This document shows, piece by piece, positions 12,321 through 26,989 of a DNA stretch of 64,000 bases. How positions within the stretch are numbered: position 1 is the first letter of the stretch; the number at the start of each line of letters is the position of its first letter. The notes under the pieces were generated by a model, which worked only from the letters and a program-made list of their open reading frames with translations, searched no databases and had not been told where the DNA came from. Where the stretch lies: NCBI GenBank assembly GCA_964016885.1, contig OZ024741.1, forward strand, positions 41,478,001 to 41,542,000, given 5' to 3'. This DNA is from Eledone cirrhosa (taxonomy: Eukaryota). The position numbers and the translations under genes were made by a program.

Positions 12321-12719
12321 CAGGTTGTACATATATACACACACAGATACACAAAAGTAGAAACAATTATCATTTATATACACGCACACATACATACACA
12401 CACATGTACATGTACATATATACATACATACATACATACATGCATATATATATATATACATGCATACACACATACATACACACACATACACATGTACATG
12501 CACATACATACACGCGTACATACATATATATACACGTACGTACATATATATATGTATATATATAAGTAGAAGGGGTATTTAATTTGTTGGAAGTCCGACA
12601 AATATAAATGAATATCCAACCGATAAGGTATGATTTTCATGGGTATGTCTCTATTTATAAAACAAAGTTTGTATTTTATCTGATGAAAGCGTACCAATGT
12701 TGTCTTGGTACCCTTGAAA

Positions 12720-13069
12720 TCATCATTTCATCATCATCATTTCATTTTACGTCCCCTTTTTCCCTGCTTGCAAGGGTGGGACGGGAACTGATTCTGGCTT
12801 GATTTCTACAGCTTTTCTGCCTTTCCTAACACCAACCTCATTTACAATGAGTGCTGGGTGCTTTTTTACCATCGCACCTCCATGACCACTTTGCAGTGGA
12901 ATGATATGGACCCCAGTCCCTATCATCTCATTTCTACAGCTGAGTAAACTGGAGCAATGTGAAATAAAGTGTCTTGCTCAAGGAAACAACACATCACCTG
13001 GTCTGAGAATTGAACTCACAACCTTTTGATTGCAAGGCCAATGCTCTAACCACTAAGCCATGTGCCTCC
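12720..13069 (-). mobile_element. tRNA-derived CORE-type SINE family 2 with RTE-derived tail
   Basis: Reverse-complement homolog of 39875-40217. Confidence 0.85.
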
Positions 13070-13333
13070 ATATATATAAATAATATATATAATAACATAA
13101 ATTTGGTTTTATAAATATAGTTTCCATTTATTTAATATCATTGTGTATATATATATATATACATGCATACACACATAGACATACATGCATACATACATAT
13201 ATACACACTGACACACACACACATACCGACATACAAATATACATACATAAACATACATACATAAACATACATACACACACACTACATACAGACATACAAA
13301 TATACAGACATACATACAAATATAGACATACAA

Positions 13334-13838
13334 AAACCTGAGACGACCTGATAAATTCCGACCTCACACACTTACACCTCTCCAAGACAATGTCATTGGA
13401 CCGAGATCTTTGGCGGTACTCAGTAATAGAGAAGACCCGCCTTACCTAAATACAAAGTAAAACCTACTACAGTCAGTAGGCATCTCTAACAAAATACACC
13501 CCCGTCCCACCACCCCCACTCCATCCACACCGCCCCTTTCAATGTAAAGTTATGTTGGTGCCACAACATCCAGGCCAAAACAAATGAGATCGTGTAGGTG
13601 TCACGACAAAAAAAACACACAGTCCACGCTGTAATGTGGCCGTGTAGGCAACACGGTAAAAACCTTCCAGCCCCACACTGTAAATGTGGTTGGTGTTAGG
13701 AAGGGCATCCAGCTGTAGAAAACCCGCCAGACAATCCTATGCGAGCAAGACAACCACTCTTGCCTCAAGTGGGAAAACTCCCGTCCAAACCCATGCAAGC
13801 GTGGAAGATGGACGTTAAACGATGATGATGAAGATGAT
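13334..13838 (+). mobile_element. 5'-truncated LINE family A 3' end
   Basis: Near-identical to 1594-2187 with a single copy of the UTR module; ends in (GAT)n. Confidence 0.92.
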
Positions 13839-14715
13839 ATATATATATACACACATATACATATATACATACACACACACACATATACATACACACAGGC
13901 ATATATACATACATATATACATACATACATATACATATATACATATAGACATATAGACATATACATATATACATATACATATATACATATATACATATAC
14001 ATATACACATATATACATATATACATATATACATATACATATATACATATACACATATACATATATACATATACATATATACATATATACATATACATAT
14101 ACATATATACATATATACATATACATATATACATATACATATATACATATATACAAACATATTCAATTAGTTTTGAGTTATCTGAGAGTTACTTGTATGT
14201 GTGCAGCAGCAACTGGTAGGTTTATTTGCAGTGCAATGCAGTGGAAAGATTGCAACACATCTTGATGCAAATGTGCACCATAGATTAGTTTTGACTCTGT
14301 TGCAATCTGAATACCACCAACATCACATGCAGATATCTTCATAGAATCATACTATGATTTCACATGTGGAAAGATAGGACACATGTATACACATGTATAC
14401 ACATGTCTGTGTGTATGTACGAGAGAGAGGGGGGATGATATATATATATATAGAGAGAGAGAGGGGGGATGATAGAGAGAGAGAAGGAATGGAAGCGAGA
14501 GAGAGGAATGGAAGCGAGAGAGAGGGGAGGGATGAGAAAGAGAAGGGGGGGGGGGTGAGAGAGAGAGAAGGGATGAGCGAGAGAATGAAAGAGACAGAGG
14601 AGAAATGGAGAGAATGAAAGAGAGAAAGGATGAGAGAGAGAGAGAGGTGGGATGAGAAAGAGAGGAGGAGAGACGAGAGAGAGGAGCCATGAGAGAGAGA
14701 GAGAGAGAGAGGTGG

Positions 14716-14783
<68 letters not shown>

Positions 14784-14790
14784 GAAAAGT
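13839..14790. repeat. (TACATA)n and (GA)n microsatellites
   Basis: Visible simple repeats at ~13840-14160 and ~14420-14780. Confidence 0.9.
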
Positions 14791-15053
14791 ATATATAATA
14801 AAAAGTAGGAAAACTGTATTGAGACATACACACACATATTTCTACCACTGCAATCAACACACACACACACACACACCCTCTGTAAGATCCACACACAGAC
14901 ACATATATAGATACACACAGGTATGTGGGTTTTTTTATTGGAAGATTTTACTGCTAGCACCAATGACTTAACATTTTTTTTAGTGAATCTAGGACATTAT
15001 TTTGATAACATTAAAAACAGAGTTTATCTTAATCTCTTGCTTCTTCCTCTTAA

Positions 15054-15090
<37 letters not shown>

Positions 15091-15484
15091 TTATTCCCAC
15101 ATTTCAAAGAAATTCCGCACATTTTGTGTTTTTCTTAGGTTGATGTCTTATCTTCACAAAATAAGTGTTAATAGTGATTTAAAGTAATTAGATTGTTTGA
15201 AAATTGAACTCCTATCTGTGTTGAGTACTGTAAGAGGTCATGAACCACCATAACCATGACCATAACCACAGCACACTGAGATTATTTTATATGATCACCA
15301 ACTATCAAAAGGTGTAACTTTAACACTGGTGTTTTGGCTAAGTTTTCTTTCTTTATTTATTTTTTCTTGCTATAAAAACACTTTCTAGCTGTAAATATAG
15401 GCTGAATTGAGTGCAAGAATTGCAGTGACTGGTGCAGTAATGTGTCAGCTTAATTATTTGGTAATCAGAAGAAGAGAGGTAAGT

Positions 15485-15945
15485 GTAAAAGCCAAACTTG
15501 CTATCTTCAATTTGGTATTTGTGCCAACCCTTCCCTATGATCATGAATCTTGGGTAATGACCTAAAGAGTATTATTGCGAATACAAGCAGCCGAAATGGG
15601 ATTCCTCTGAAGGGTCTTTGGAGTAACGTTACTCGATAGAATGCATAGCTCGGAGATCAGTGAGTCACTACTTCTCCGAATTGAGAGATCACAGCTCCAA
15701 TACTATGGATATGTGGTTAGAATGTCTCAGGAAAGAATTGCTGGACAGATTTTATGAGCAAAACCTGCCAGGAGAAGACCCAGGATTAGACCCTGAGCAC
15801 CATGGCTTGATAACATCTATGAGCTCAACTGGTCTCTCTTGGGGATCCATCCAGATCAATTGGAGGTGGTTGCTTTTGACAGGACCTGCTGGTAGAAGTA
15901 TTGAGAACTCTACCTCCATGATCCTCTCGGGAGGAGGTGGGGGAT
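15485..15945 (+). mobile_element. Decayed RTE (Rex3/Expander-like) LINE 3' fragment
   Basis: Homologous to 5890-6375 in the opposite orientation (CATGAATCTTGGGTAATGAC, GGTTAGAATGTCTCAGGAAAGAATTGCTG). Confidence 0.8.
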
Positions 15946-16330
15946 GAGGAGGAGGAGAAGAAAAAGAAGAAACTGTAAATATAGATACAATGATATGGGG
16001 TGTGGGACAGTTGGTAATGATAAAAATTCTCTTGATTTCTAGGTGTGTTCTCCTTATCTAATCAACTGAATGTTTAATTTGTCAAATAACAAGTGGTTGA
16101 GTACAGACATGCATATCTTGAACATAATTCCCAGGCCTTAAGCCATCACAGTAAAATTCATCCAATGGGCTTCCACACAGTTCCTAACTACCCAATTTAA
16201 CAATAATTATAAGAAATGGCATTTGTTCATTGTATGTTTGATAAGGAGTAGTTGATGCAAGTAAGTGTTGCTATACTCCACAGCAATACTTTCACTATCA
16301 TGTTCTCATGGTACAGCTGAGATATTACTG

Positions 16331-18855
16331 CCTAGACAGTGATATAGAGTATGTCCCTCCTTTCTCTCTCAATCCTAGACAGAGATATAGAGTATGTCCC
16401 TCCTTTCTCTCTCAATCCTAGACAGAGATATAGAGTATATCCCTCCGCTCTCTCTCTCTCTCTCTCTCTCAATCCTAGACAGAGATATAGAGTATGTCTC
16501 TCCCCTCTCTCTCTCTCTCGCTCAATCCTAGACAGAGATATACAATATGTCCCTTCTCTCTCTCTCAATCCTAGACAGAGATATAGAGTATGTCTCTCCC
16601 CTCTCTCTCTCTCAATCCTAGACAGAGATATAGAGTATGTCTCTCCCTTCTCTCTCTCTCTCAATCCTAGACAGAGATATAGAGTATGTCCCTCCTTTCT
16701 CTCTCTCTCAATCCTAGACAGAGATATAGAATATGTCTCTCCTGTCTCTCTCTCTCAATGCTAGACAGAGATATAGAGTAGGTCTCTCCTCTTTCTCTCT
16801 CTCTCTCAATCCTAGACAGAGATATAGAGTATGTCTCTCCCTTCTCTCTCTCTCTCAATCCTAGACAGAGATATAGAGTATGTCTCTCCTCTCTCCCTCT
16901 CTCAATCCTAGACAGAGATATAGAGTATGTCTCTCCTCTCTCTCTCTCAATCCTAGACAGAGATATAGAGTATGTCCCTCCTTTCTCTCTCTCTCAATCC
17001 TAGACAGAGATATAGAGTATGTCTCTCCTATCTCTCTCTCTCAATCCTAGACAGAGATATAGAGTGTGTCTCTCCTCTTTCTCTCTCTCTCTCTCAGTCC
17101 TAGACAGAGATATAGAGTATGTCTCTCCTTTCTCTCCCTCTCTCAATCCTAGACAGAGATATAGAGTATGTCACTCCACTCTCTCTCAATCCTAGACAGA
17201 GATATAGAGTATGTCCCTCCTTTCTCTCTCTCTCAATCCTAGACAGAGATATAGAGTATGTCTCTCCCCCCTCTCTCTCTCAATCCTAGACAGAGATATA
17301 GAGTATGTCTCTCCCTTCTCTCTCTCTCAATCCTAGACAGAGATATAGAGTATGTCTCTCCTCTCTCCCTCTCTCAATCCTAGACAGAGATATAGAGTAT
17401 GTCTCTCCCTTCTCTCTCTCTCTCAATCCTAGACAGAGATATAGAGTATGTCTCTCCTCTCTCCCTCTCTCAATCCTAGACAGAGATATAGAGTATGTCC
17501 CTCCTCTCTCTCTCTCTCTCAATCCTAGACAGAGATATAGAGTATGTCCCTCCTTTCTCTCTCTCTCAATCCTAGACAGAGATATAGAGTATGTCTCTCC
17601 TGTCTCTCTCTCTCAATCCTAGACAGAGATATAGAGTAGGTCTCTCCTCTTTCTCTCTCTCTCTCAATCCTAGACAGAGATATAGAGTATGTCTCTCCTC
17701 TCTCTATCTCTCAATCCTAGACAGAGATATAGAGTATGTCTCTCCTCTCTCTCAATCTCAATCCTAGACAGAGATATAGAGTATGTCTCTCCCCTCTCTC
17801 TCTCAATCCTAGACAGAGATATAGAGTATGTCTCTCCTCTCTCTCTCTCTCAATCCTAGACAGAGATATAGAGTATGTCCCTCCTCTCTCTCTCTCTCTC
17901 AATCCTAGACAGAGATATAGAGTATGTCTCTCCTCTCTCTCTCTCTCTCTCAATCCTAGACAGAGATATAGAGTATGTCCCTCCTTTCTCTCTCTCTCAA
18001 TCCTAGACAGAGATATAGAGTATGTCTCTCCCCTCTCTCTCTCTCAATCCTAGACAGAGATATAGAGTATGTCTCTCCCTTCTCTCTCTCTCAATCCTAG
18101 ACAGAGATATAGAGTATGTCTCTCCTCTCTCTCTCTCTCAATCCTAGACAGAGATATAGAGTATGTCCCTCCTCTCTCTCTCTCTCAATCCTAGACAGAG
18201 ATATAGAGTATGTCTCTCCTCTCTCTCTCTCAATCCTAGACAGAGATATAGAGTATGTCCCTCCTTTCTCTCTCTCTCAATCCTAGACAGAGATATAGAG
18301 TATGTCCCTCCTTTCTCTCTCTCTCAATCCTAGACAGAGATATAGAGTATGTCCCTCCTCTCTCTCTCTCTCAATCCTAGACAGAGATATAGAGTATGTC
18401 TCTCCCCTCTCTCTCTCTCAATCCTAGACAGAGATATAGAGTATGTCTCTCCTCTCTCTCTCTCTCTCAATCCTAGACAGAGATATAGAGTATGTCTCTG
18501 CTCTCTCTCTCTCTCAATCCTAGACAGAGATATAGAGTATGTCCCTCCTCTCTCTCTCTCTCAATCCTAGACAGAGATATAGAGTATGTCTCTCCTCTCT
18601 CTCTCTCTCTCAATCCTAGACAGAGATATAGAGTATGTCCCTCCTCTCTCTCTCTCTCAATCCTAGACAGAGATATAGAGTATGTCTCTCCTCTCTCCCT
18701 CTCTCTCAATCCTAGACAGAGATATAGAGTATGTCTCTCCTCTTTCTCTCTCTCTCAATCCTAGACAGAGATATAGAGTATGTCTCTCCCCTCTCTCTCT
18801 CTCTCTCTCTCAATCCTAGACAGAGATATAGAGTATGTCTCTCCTCTCTCTCTTC
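16331..18855. repeat. ~49-bp minisatellite, roughly 50 units: constant CAATCCTAGACAGAGATATAGAGTATGTC plus variable (CT)n linker
   Basis: Directly visible tandem array. Confidence 0.97.
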
Positions 18856-18914
18856 CTGTTTATTATAAGTATTTATGTAAATAAAATATATTTAGCATTT
18901 ATTTCTTTTATAAT

Positions 18915-19307
18915 CGAACAGTCAGCAGGCCCCTCCTAACCAAATATACACCCCAACCCACTACCCGTACTCCATCCTCCCACTCCTACCAACACCACCC
19001 TTTCTCTATGAAGTTATCTTGGTTCCACAACATCCAGTCACAAGTAAACAGGTCATGTAGGTGTCACGACAAAAGAAAAACACACAGTGCACGCTGTAAT
19101 GTAGTCGTGTAGGTAACACAGTCAAAAGCTCCCAGTCCACACTGTAAATGTGGTTGGTGTTAGGAAGGGCATCCAACCGTAGAAAACCTGCCAGATAGTC
19201 CTATATGAGCAAGAGACGGTCATGCAACCAATCTTGCCTCAAGTGGGACAATTCCCGTCTAACCTGTTCTAGCGTGGAAGATAGACGTTAAACGATGATG
19301 ATGATGA
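18915..19307 (+). mobile_element. Diverged LINE family A-related 3' UTR
   Basis: Homologous to 1730-2187; ends GACGTTAAAC(GAT)n. Confidence 0.85.
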
Positions 19308-19794
19308 TTCCTTATCATCATCATCGTTTTTACATCTGCTTTATAATGCTTGCTTCCCTTTCTCTTTTTTGTTATGTTGGATGACTAAAAATATTGAGTT
19401 TATGAAGGGATCTCAGAAAAAATTTGGCAAATTTATTTTCTTTCTTTTTTACATAAAGAATATTTGAAAGAATTATTAAAAGAGCAATGTTAGAAAGCAT
19501 TTCTTACTTTCAGTGGAGAGGGGTATTTAATAATGACAAAGTGATCAGAGAAATTGCTGAAAGAAAGTTGAATTTTATTGATATATATTACTTTAGTACA
19601 TTGTATGTCTAAGTTATTGAGAGAAAATATCTACAGACATATATATCTTGCTCTAATCGATCGACAAGATCCCAGACCTCATTCGCTTGCTGAGTGTGGT
19701 GGACCTCGTCAAATTGGAGCAAGGTAACAATGTTTCCATTGGTCTTTCCATTGCCGATATTATCTACCAGTTGTAACTTCTGGCAGAAAGAAGA

Positions 19795-19910
19795 ATGTGA
19801 AGTAAAGTGTCTTGCTCAAGGACACAATCCATCACCCGGTCCGAGAATTGAACTCACAACCTCACAATTGTGAATCCAACTCTCTAACCAATAAGCCATG
19901 TGCCTTCACT
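19795..19910 (-). mobile_element. CORE-type SINE head fragment
   Basis: AAAGTGTCTTGCTCAAGG...GAATTGAACTCACAACC...CTAACCAATAAGCCATGTGCCT, the reverse complement of the family 2 head; similar pieces at ~38260-38350 and ~42350-42465. Confidence 0.7.
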
Positions 19911-21698
19911 CAGATATATATACTGGGAAGAAAGAGTACTCAATAACATTGTAGAGTAGAATTATATATTTTGGATGAATCTATGAGTAGTTAGTCTGAA
20001 ATTTCCCAAGGGAATTGGTTTATTAAACAGCTACCAGACTGGTTAAAGAATAAACAGCATCTATAATGGTGAATGGTGTTTGGAGGGAGTCCATCCTTGC
20101 ATTAACTTCAAACCCTTCACAAAACTCCCACTCCACCATCACTAATAACCCCCCACTCTGACTCATTTGCACATACATTCATTGCTATACTATATAGATA
20201 TGCAAACAAAATAATCACACTCTTACAATTTGTTACAATTTGTCAAACATTGTTCATGATTGGTTGAATAACACAAACACAGAATTTATAATCACAGAAA
20301 GTATACATACATTTTATTTATTACACATTAATGTGCAACTTTTAGCATTGGAGACAGTTTTGAGGTGTATATAATTTTTGACTTTGATCAATGCAGGAGA
20401 GAATCATGGCCATCTTTACAATATCAATATTAAATACTGAAAATATTCACAATGCTTATTGACTGAAGGTTCCACTGAAGAATTTCATCAAAAAGAAATT
20501 TTTAACATTGTAATTTCGAATTTCTATGTACACATGGTCTGCACAGCAATTTAGCTTGTGGTTGCTACCCAGGTTTCCAAGGAACCAAATTAAACTTCTT
20601 AGAATCTATCCAGGAACTCAATCACATTAGCTCTACCAACAGAAGATAACGGTGGACACTAGTTCTATGCCATAAGCGCTGATAAAAACCAAAAATTCAA
20701 AGAACACCTAACATGGCCCATTGATCTCTTGGCGTTGAGATGAAAAGATAGGAAAATTTAGTCATGAGTTGAGATGAAAGCTAAAGCCACTTAGTCTTGG
20801 GAAGTATTAATATGCCAGCTACTATACTAATCTACAATATCAGATGTTCGTTCATATTTCATACAAAAGAAACATTTATAGGTGATTTGTAAATGTTGTT
20901 ATGAAATGACTGACCTCTGTTTGATTAATATATCTGCTGTGTGATTTTCGTGAGATGTTAATTACCAAAGCAGTTATCCTTTTATACATTTACATAAAAT
21001 AGGAGAACATCTAGAACATTCGTAGAAGTAGTATATAACAAATACTGTTCTACTGTTATATAGCTTTAAATAACCAATGTAAGAATATTTGAAAACCAAA
21101 GCAATAGTTATTGGTCCATTGTGTTGTAACTATAGGAAACAAAGATATAGAGATAGAAAAGGCTTGATGATAACAATATAATATAATGCTGTGTACATAT
21201 AAAATATAGAAGCTGTCCATTTATAGCATAGAATTAATAAGAAAAATTTATACAATATATATTGTAATGTTGTTACATTAATCTATTCAATAAATTTTGT
21301 AAAGCAACTAACTGCTCCTCTCTCATTCATTCTTACTTTTTCCATCTTTACTTCTTTCTTTCTTTAAAGTAAAACTCGAAAATTCACACATTTGGAATCA
21401 ATAAACATATTTTATTATCATTACTATTTTTATTCTATTTATCGCAATCATAATTATTCTATTTATTGTTATAATTACAACTACGATGGCAATGTATTGA
21501 CGGAACTGATAAAGCATTAGTCAGACAAAATGCCATGCAGTGTTTAGTTACGATTCTTTAAATTCACAGTTCAAATCCTGTTGAGGGTATTTTGACTTTC
21601 ATCCTTCCAGTAAAGTACAGTATCAGTTATGTAGCGAGATCAATTTAATTCACTTTCCCTCCTCCCAAATTACTAGCCATTCACTTACATTGGAATCA

Positions 21699-22514
21699 GT
21701 AAAGTGGTTGTGTAGGTGTCACAACAAAAAACACCCAGTCCACACTGTAAAGTAGTCGTGTAGGTGTCACAACAAAAAGCACCCAGTCCACACTGTAAAG
21801 TGGTTGTGTAGGTGTCACAACAAAAAGCACCCAGCCCACACTGTAAAATGGTTGTGTAGGTGTCACAACAAAAAGTACCCAGCCAACACTGTAAAGTGGT
21901 CGTGTAGGTGTCACAACAAAAAGCACCCAGCCCACACTGTAAAGTGGTCGTGTAGGTGTCACAACAAAAAGCACCCAGCCCACACTGTAAAGTGGTCGTG
22001 TAGGTGTCACAACAAAAAGCACCCAGCCCACACTGTAAAGTGGTTATGTAGGTGTCACAACAAAAAGTACCCAGCCCACACTGTAAAGTGGTCGTGTAGG
22101 TGTCACAACAAAAAGCACCCAGCCCACACTGTAAAGTGGTTATGTAGGTGTCACAACAAAAAGTACCCAGCCCACACTGTAAAGTGGTCATGTAGGTGTC
22201 ACAACAAAAAGTACCCAGCCCACACTGTAAAGTGGTCATGTAGGTGTCACAACAAAAAGTACCCAGCCCACACTGTAAAGTGGTCGTGTAGGTGTCACAA
22301 CAAAAAGCACCCAGCCCACACTGTAAAGTGGTTATGTAGGTGTCACAACAAAAAGTACCCAGCCCACACTGTAAAGTGGTCGTGTAGGTGTCACAACAAA
22401 AAGCACCCAGCCCACACTGTAAAGTGGTTATGTAGGTGTCACAACAAAAAGTACCCAGCCCACACTGTAAAGTGGTCATGTAGGTGTCACAATAAAAAGC
22501 ACCTAGCCCACACT
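21699..22514 (+). repeat. 48-bp tandem array, 17 units, derived from the LINE/SINE 3' module
   Basis: Unit GTAAAGTGGTYRTGTAGGTGTCACAACAAAAAGYACCCAGCCCACACT; 816 bp = 17 x 48; continues into the normal 3' end and (GAT) tail at ~22515-22672. Confidence 0.97.
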
Positions 22515-23744
22515 GTAAATGTGGCTGGCATTAGGAAGGGCATCCAGCCATAGAAACAAAGCCAGAAACAGTTCTGTATGAACAAGACACAGTTACCTGA
22601 TCTGAGTTGCCTCAAACGGACAACCCATCTAACCTATGCTAGCGTGGAAAATGGATGTTAAATAATGATGATAAAACATCAAAGAAAATGCTACTTGATA
22701 TTTAGCTACAACTTTTTATGTTCTGAGTTCAAATCCTATTGAAGCCAAGTTTGTATTTCATTATTCTGGCATTAATGCCCCAGTCAAGTGCTGGGATTAA
22801 TTTAACCGACTTCACCCCCGCCAAGTTGCTGTCTAAGTATTGATAAAGTATTGGCAGGATTGATAAAGTATCAGAGCAAATGTCTTGTAATATTTAGTCA
22901 TGGCTCTTGACTTTTTGATGATGAAGATGTTAATAAAGATGATAATGAGAATGGCGATGATGATTGAGGGTGGTGATGATGATGATAATGGTAATGATGA
23001 TGAAAATAACGATGACAATAATAATGGTTTCTGATTTAGGCACAAGGCCAACAATCGTTGGGGTAGGGTTAAGTTGATTAAATCAACCCCAGTAGATGAA
23101 TGGCAAAAGCTAACCTTGGCGGATGATAAGTCACAGCTATTTAATAAGGGTGATAAAGAGAACGATGATGATGATGATGTCGAAAATAATGATGACAATA
23201 ATAATGATAAGTTACGGCTCTTGACTTTCTGACAATGAAGATGTTAGTTAATAAGGACAATAAAGAGAATTATCCTGATGATGATGATGATGATAGTGAT
23301 GATGATGGTGATGATGATAAAAAAACATCCGCTGACTTTCCACTTGTAATTCTAAGGGTTCATCATTCTATGTAATAAATCATTATGAAAACAACCCCAA
23401 CCCTGTTTTCTGACAGTCCTTAGTTATGTATCATTTAGATATAGTACTTTATCATGTTTATTACATGGCCAGCTATAAGTGGCTATTAGTCAATATAAAT
23501 GATTTTGCTACTCAATTTTACCATCACGTCTGCTTTTTATATATTTCATACATTTTTTTTACATCGTTGGTGTTGATTCTTTCATTATTTATATTTTTCA
23601 GCATATTATTTTTTTGTTATTTTACTGGTTATCCTATTCATTATGTTGTTTGTGACATATATTAACTACTTAACACATTATTAAACTGTCTCTCAAAACA
23701 CAGATTTTATATTTTGTACTTCCTTAGCAAATACATACATATAA

Positions 23745-23829
<85 letters not shown>

Positions 23830-23997
23830 CACACTCACACATATATATATATATATACACACACATATATGTATTTATCATCTCTTTATTCAAACATTAA
23901 CTGAGAAAGCTCTTGAGTCAGGAAATTATGGAAGACAAGATTCCTAATTTGCTGGTGACATAAGAAAATACAGCAAATTTCCCCATGTAATAATAAT

Positions 23998-24187
23998 AAT
24001 TGTTTCTACTTTTGGCACAAGGCCAGCAATTAACCAGTGCATTACTGGTACTTTATTTTATTGACCCCGTAAGGATGAAAGACAAAGTTAACCTCGGCGG
24101 GATTTGAACTCAGATCATAAAGGGAGATAACTCTTTGCTTCAAAGCATGGTGTCTGACCCTCTACCGATACTGCCAATCCACTGCCT
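23998..24187 (-). mobile_element. SINE family 1; a convergent-family plus-strand copy follows at ~24348-24552
   Basis: Full-length match to the SINE consensus seen elsewhere in the window. Confidence 0.85.
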
Positions 24188-24578
24188 TTATTAATAATAA
24201 TAATATTAATAATATTAATAGTAATAAATGCATGTAGAAAATATAAATATAAAATAAAACAAATTCTACACTGCCTAACTACTTGAATTACTGAGAATGT
24301 GAAGAATAGGGTTATCATTGTAGCACCATCATTATCATTATTAATATCAGAATCGGCAGAACGTCGGACAACATGCTTAGTAGCATAGAGTTACGGCCCT
24401 TTCTATTCTGAGTTCAAATCCTGCTGAGGTTAACTTTGCCTTTCATCCTTACAGGGTTGATAAAATAAAGTACCAGTCACGCACTAGAGTCGATTTAATT
24501 GACTTTCCCCTCCCCTCCAAATTGCTGGCCTTGTGCCTATATCAGAAACCTTTATTATATTTATAATTAGTGGTTGTG

Positions 24579-24638
<60 letters not shown>

Positions 24639-25643
24639 CTGTCATTATTATGATCTTTCTCACACCAACATTAGTGAAACACTAAAAATGTTAACATAGC
24701 TGGGATGAAGTATGATGGGGGGGGGGGGGGGGGATAAATCAATCAATAAAGTGAAAAAAACGTGACAGTTATTCTGGTCAAGTAGTTGAGAGACCCATCA
24801 TAGCTAACATTTTCTTAACTGTGTGTGAAATTTTTCTTGGAAATTTTTCTTAAACACTGAAGCAGTATAGATTCCATTACATTAATTTACAAAATATTTT
24901 GTAGCAAATGAGCTCTCCTCATCCTCCTCCACTACCGCCTCCTCATCCTCCTCCTCCTCTTCTCCTTAGCATTGGACATTTCTTCCAGGTCTCTGCATTC
25001 TGAATTCAAATACTGCTATGGTTCACATAGTCTTTCTTCCTTCCAGGGTCAACAAAGAAAATGCTTGACCTCTACCTTCACATAAACAATAAAATATAAA
25101 ATGTATAACTGTTTATTAAAACAAGTTTTATCTCTGTTATTGTATTTCATTATATTCTAGCTTCTGCCTCTCAGCTCCCTTAGCATTTCTTCTTACCTTG
25201 CCCTGAACTGCATGCACTACAAAAAAACCATACAACCCATTATACATACATATCACTCATTCTTCTTCCTGTAACTCCAAAGGGGCGCTGTATTAAGATA
25301 CAGCGTTTCTAAAGCATTTTTAAACCAGGCAGATCACATCACCTCTTCAGGTCTGAATACAGCATATTTCCTCCAGAAAAGGATAGAGAGAATGAAAGAA
25401 TAGAAGTGAGAAAGAGATATAGAGGAAGAACTGACCCCAGTACTAGACTGGTACTTTTTTTATTAAGCTGGAATGGATGAAACAAAATTGACCTTGGCAA
25501 AACAAATACTACAAAGTATTCTATCAATGTTCTAACGACTCTGCAAATTTGCTACCTACATAGATATACATTGTAATTTGGCTAGATCAAGTTTCTTGTA
25601 TTTAGTTGTATCATAGGATATGGGGAGAAAAATTATACACATA

Positions 25644-26020
25644 CTCTCAGGTCTCGAATAGTCTCCTACCACCCTTATTAATTTTTCAGTACCTCCTCCC
25701 TCACTTTTATTCCATCCCCTTCCCCTCTTATTAAATTTTGCTAATCTATCTCCAGGAAAATATTATTTTAAGTGGTAGCATTGCTGCAACATTTCTTTAT
25801 ACATTAAAAAACATTGTACACGACAAAAAAAGTACATTACTAGAAATCCCATACGTTTTAAAATAAATAGGATGGGGTCTCAATATGTAAATTAAATGAC
25901 TAATTCTGGTTTTTAAAAATATCAATAGAAAATCTAGAAAAATTACTGTTTTACCAACCCCATTCTTATTCCCCACCCACTTATTCCAGCCCCACACCCT
26001 TATTATTTGAGGCCCGAGAG
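25644..26020. mobile_element. Tc1/mariner-type MITE
   Basis: TIRs CTCTCAGGTCTCGAATA / TATTTGAGGCCCGAGAG flanked by TA on both sides; subterminal CCCTTATT repeats. Confidence 0.75.
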
Positions 26021-26381
26021 TAGTACAATGCCTCTGATAATGTGTGGAGTAAGATCCTCACTGAAAGGTCTCTCGTACAAATGGTTGTATCAGTGTTTTA
26101 ATTTTAACTTCAACATTATTTAACCAGGTAATTGTATTTTGTGTGAATAGTTTAAGCTTCTTGCATGTAGTTTGGTAAAGTTTTGTGGGAACAATTTTAT
26201 ATATAACACATTCACATACATGTGTAAAAACTTATAATATACATATAATAGCCATGACACACAAACATACCAGAACATAAGACAAGCTTAAATTGCAGCA
26301 ATTTTCCATTTAAACAGCTCAAACAATACATTTATTTGTTGTCAATAACTGTTCAGAACAAATTGACAGATAAACTATTCA

Positions 26382-26447
<66 letters not shown>

Positions 26448-26517
26448 TATGTGTGTGTGCGTGTGCATGCATGTATGTGTGTATGAATATGTGTGTGTGT
26501 GTGTGTGTGCGTATATT

Positions 26518-26558
<41 letters not shown>

Positions 26559-26671
26559 ATAATATATATACATATATATATGTATAAAATACATACATAC
26601 ATTCATATATATATATATATATATTGAGTACCTTACTTACTGTGGTTACCTCCAATTCAACCCGGAATAAC

Positions 26672-26711
<40 letters not shown>

Positions 26712-26989
26712 AAATAAGAAAATAATATAGAAAAACCATTTCTTTAAAGATGAAATGTAAAGGAGAGACAATTACTTCACAATGAATGACTTTTAGAGTA
26801 AACTTCATTGAACATGGATCATTACATAGTAAAGGTTGACAAATCTCCAGCAATCATCATCATTATCAACACCACTAGCATCATCAATAGCATAATTATC
26901 TTCATTATTATCATCCTTATCAACATCATCAACACACACATCATCATCATCAATATCATCATCATCATAATAATAAAAAAAATAAAATG

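Noticed and set aside
16331-18855. CRISPR-like repeat/spacer appearance
   Set aside because: The spacers are only (CT)n variants rather than unique sequences, there are no cas genes, and the context is eukaryotic
21685-22553. 249-264 aa Cys-rich repeat ORFs on both strands
   Set aside because: A by-product of a 48-bp (multiple of 3) tandem unit derived from a non-coding LINE UTR
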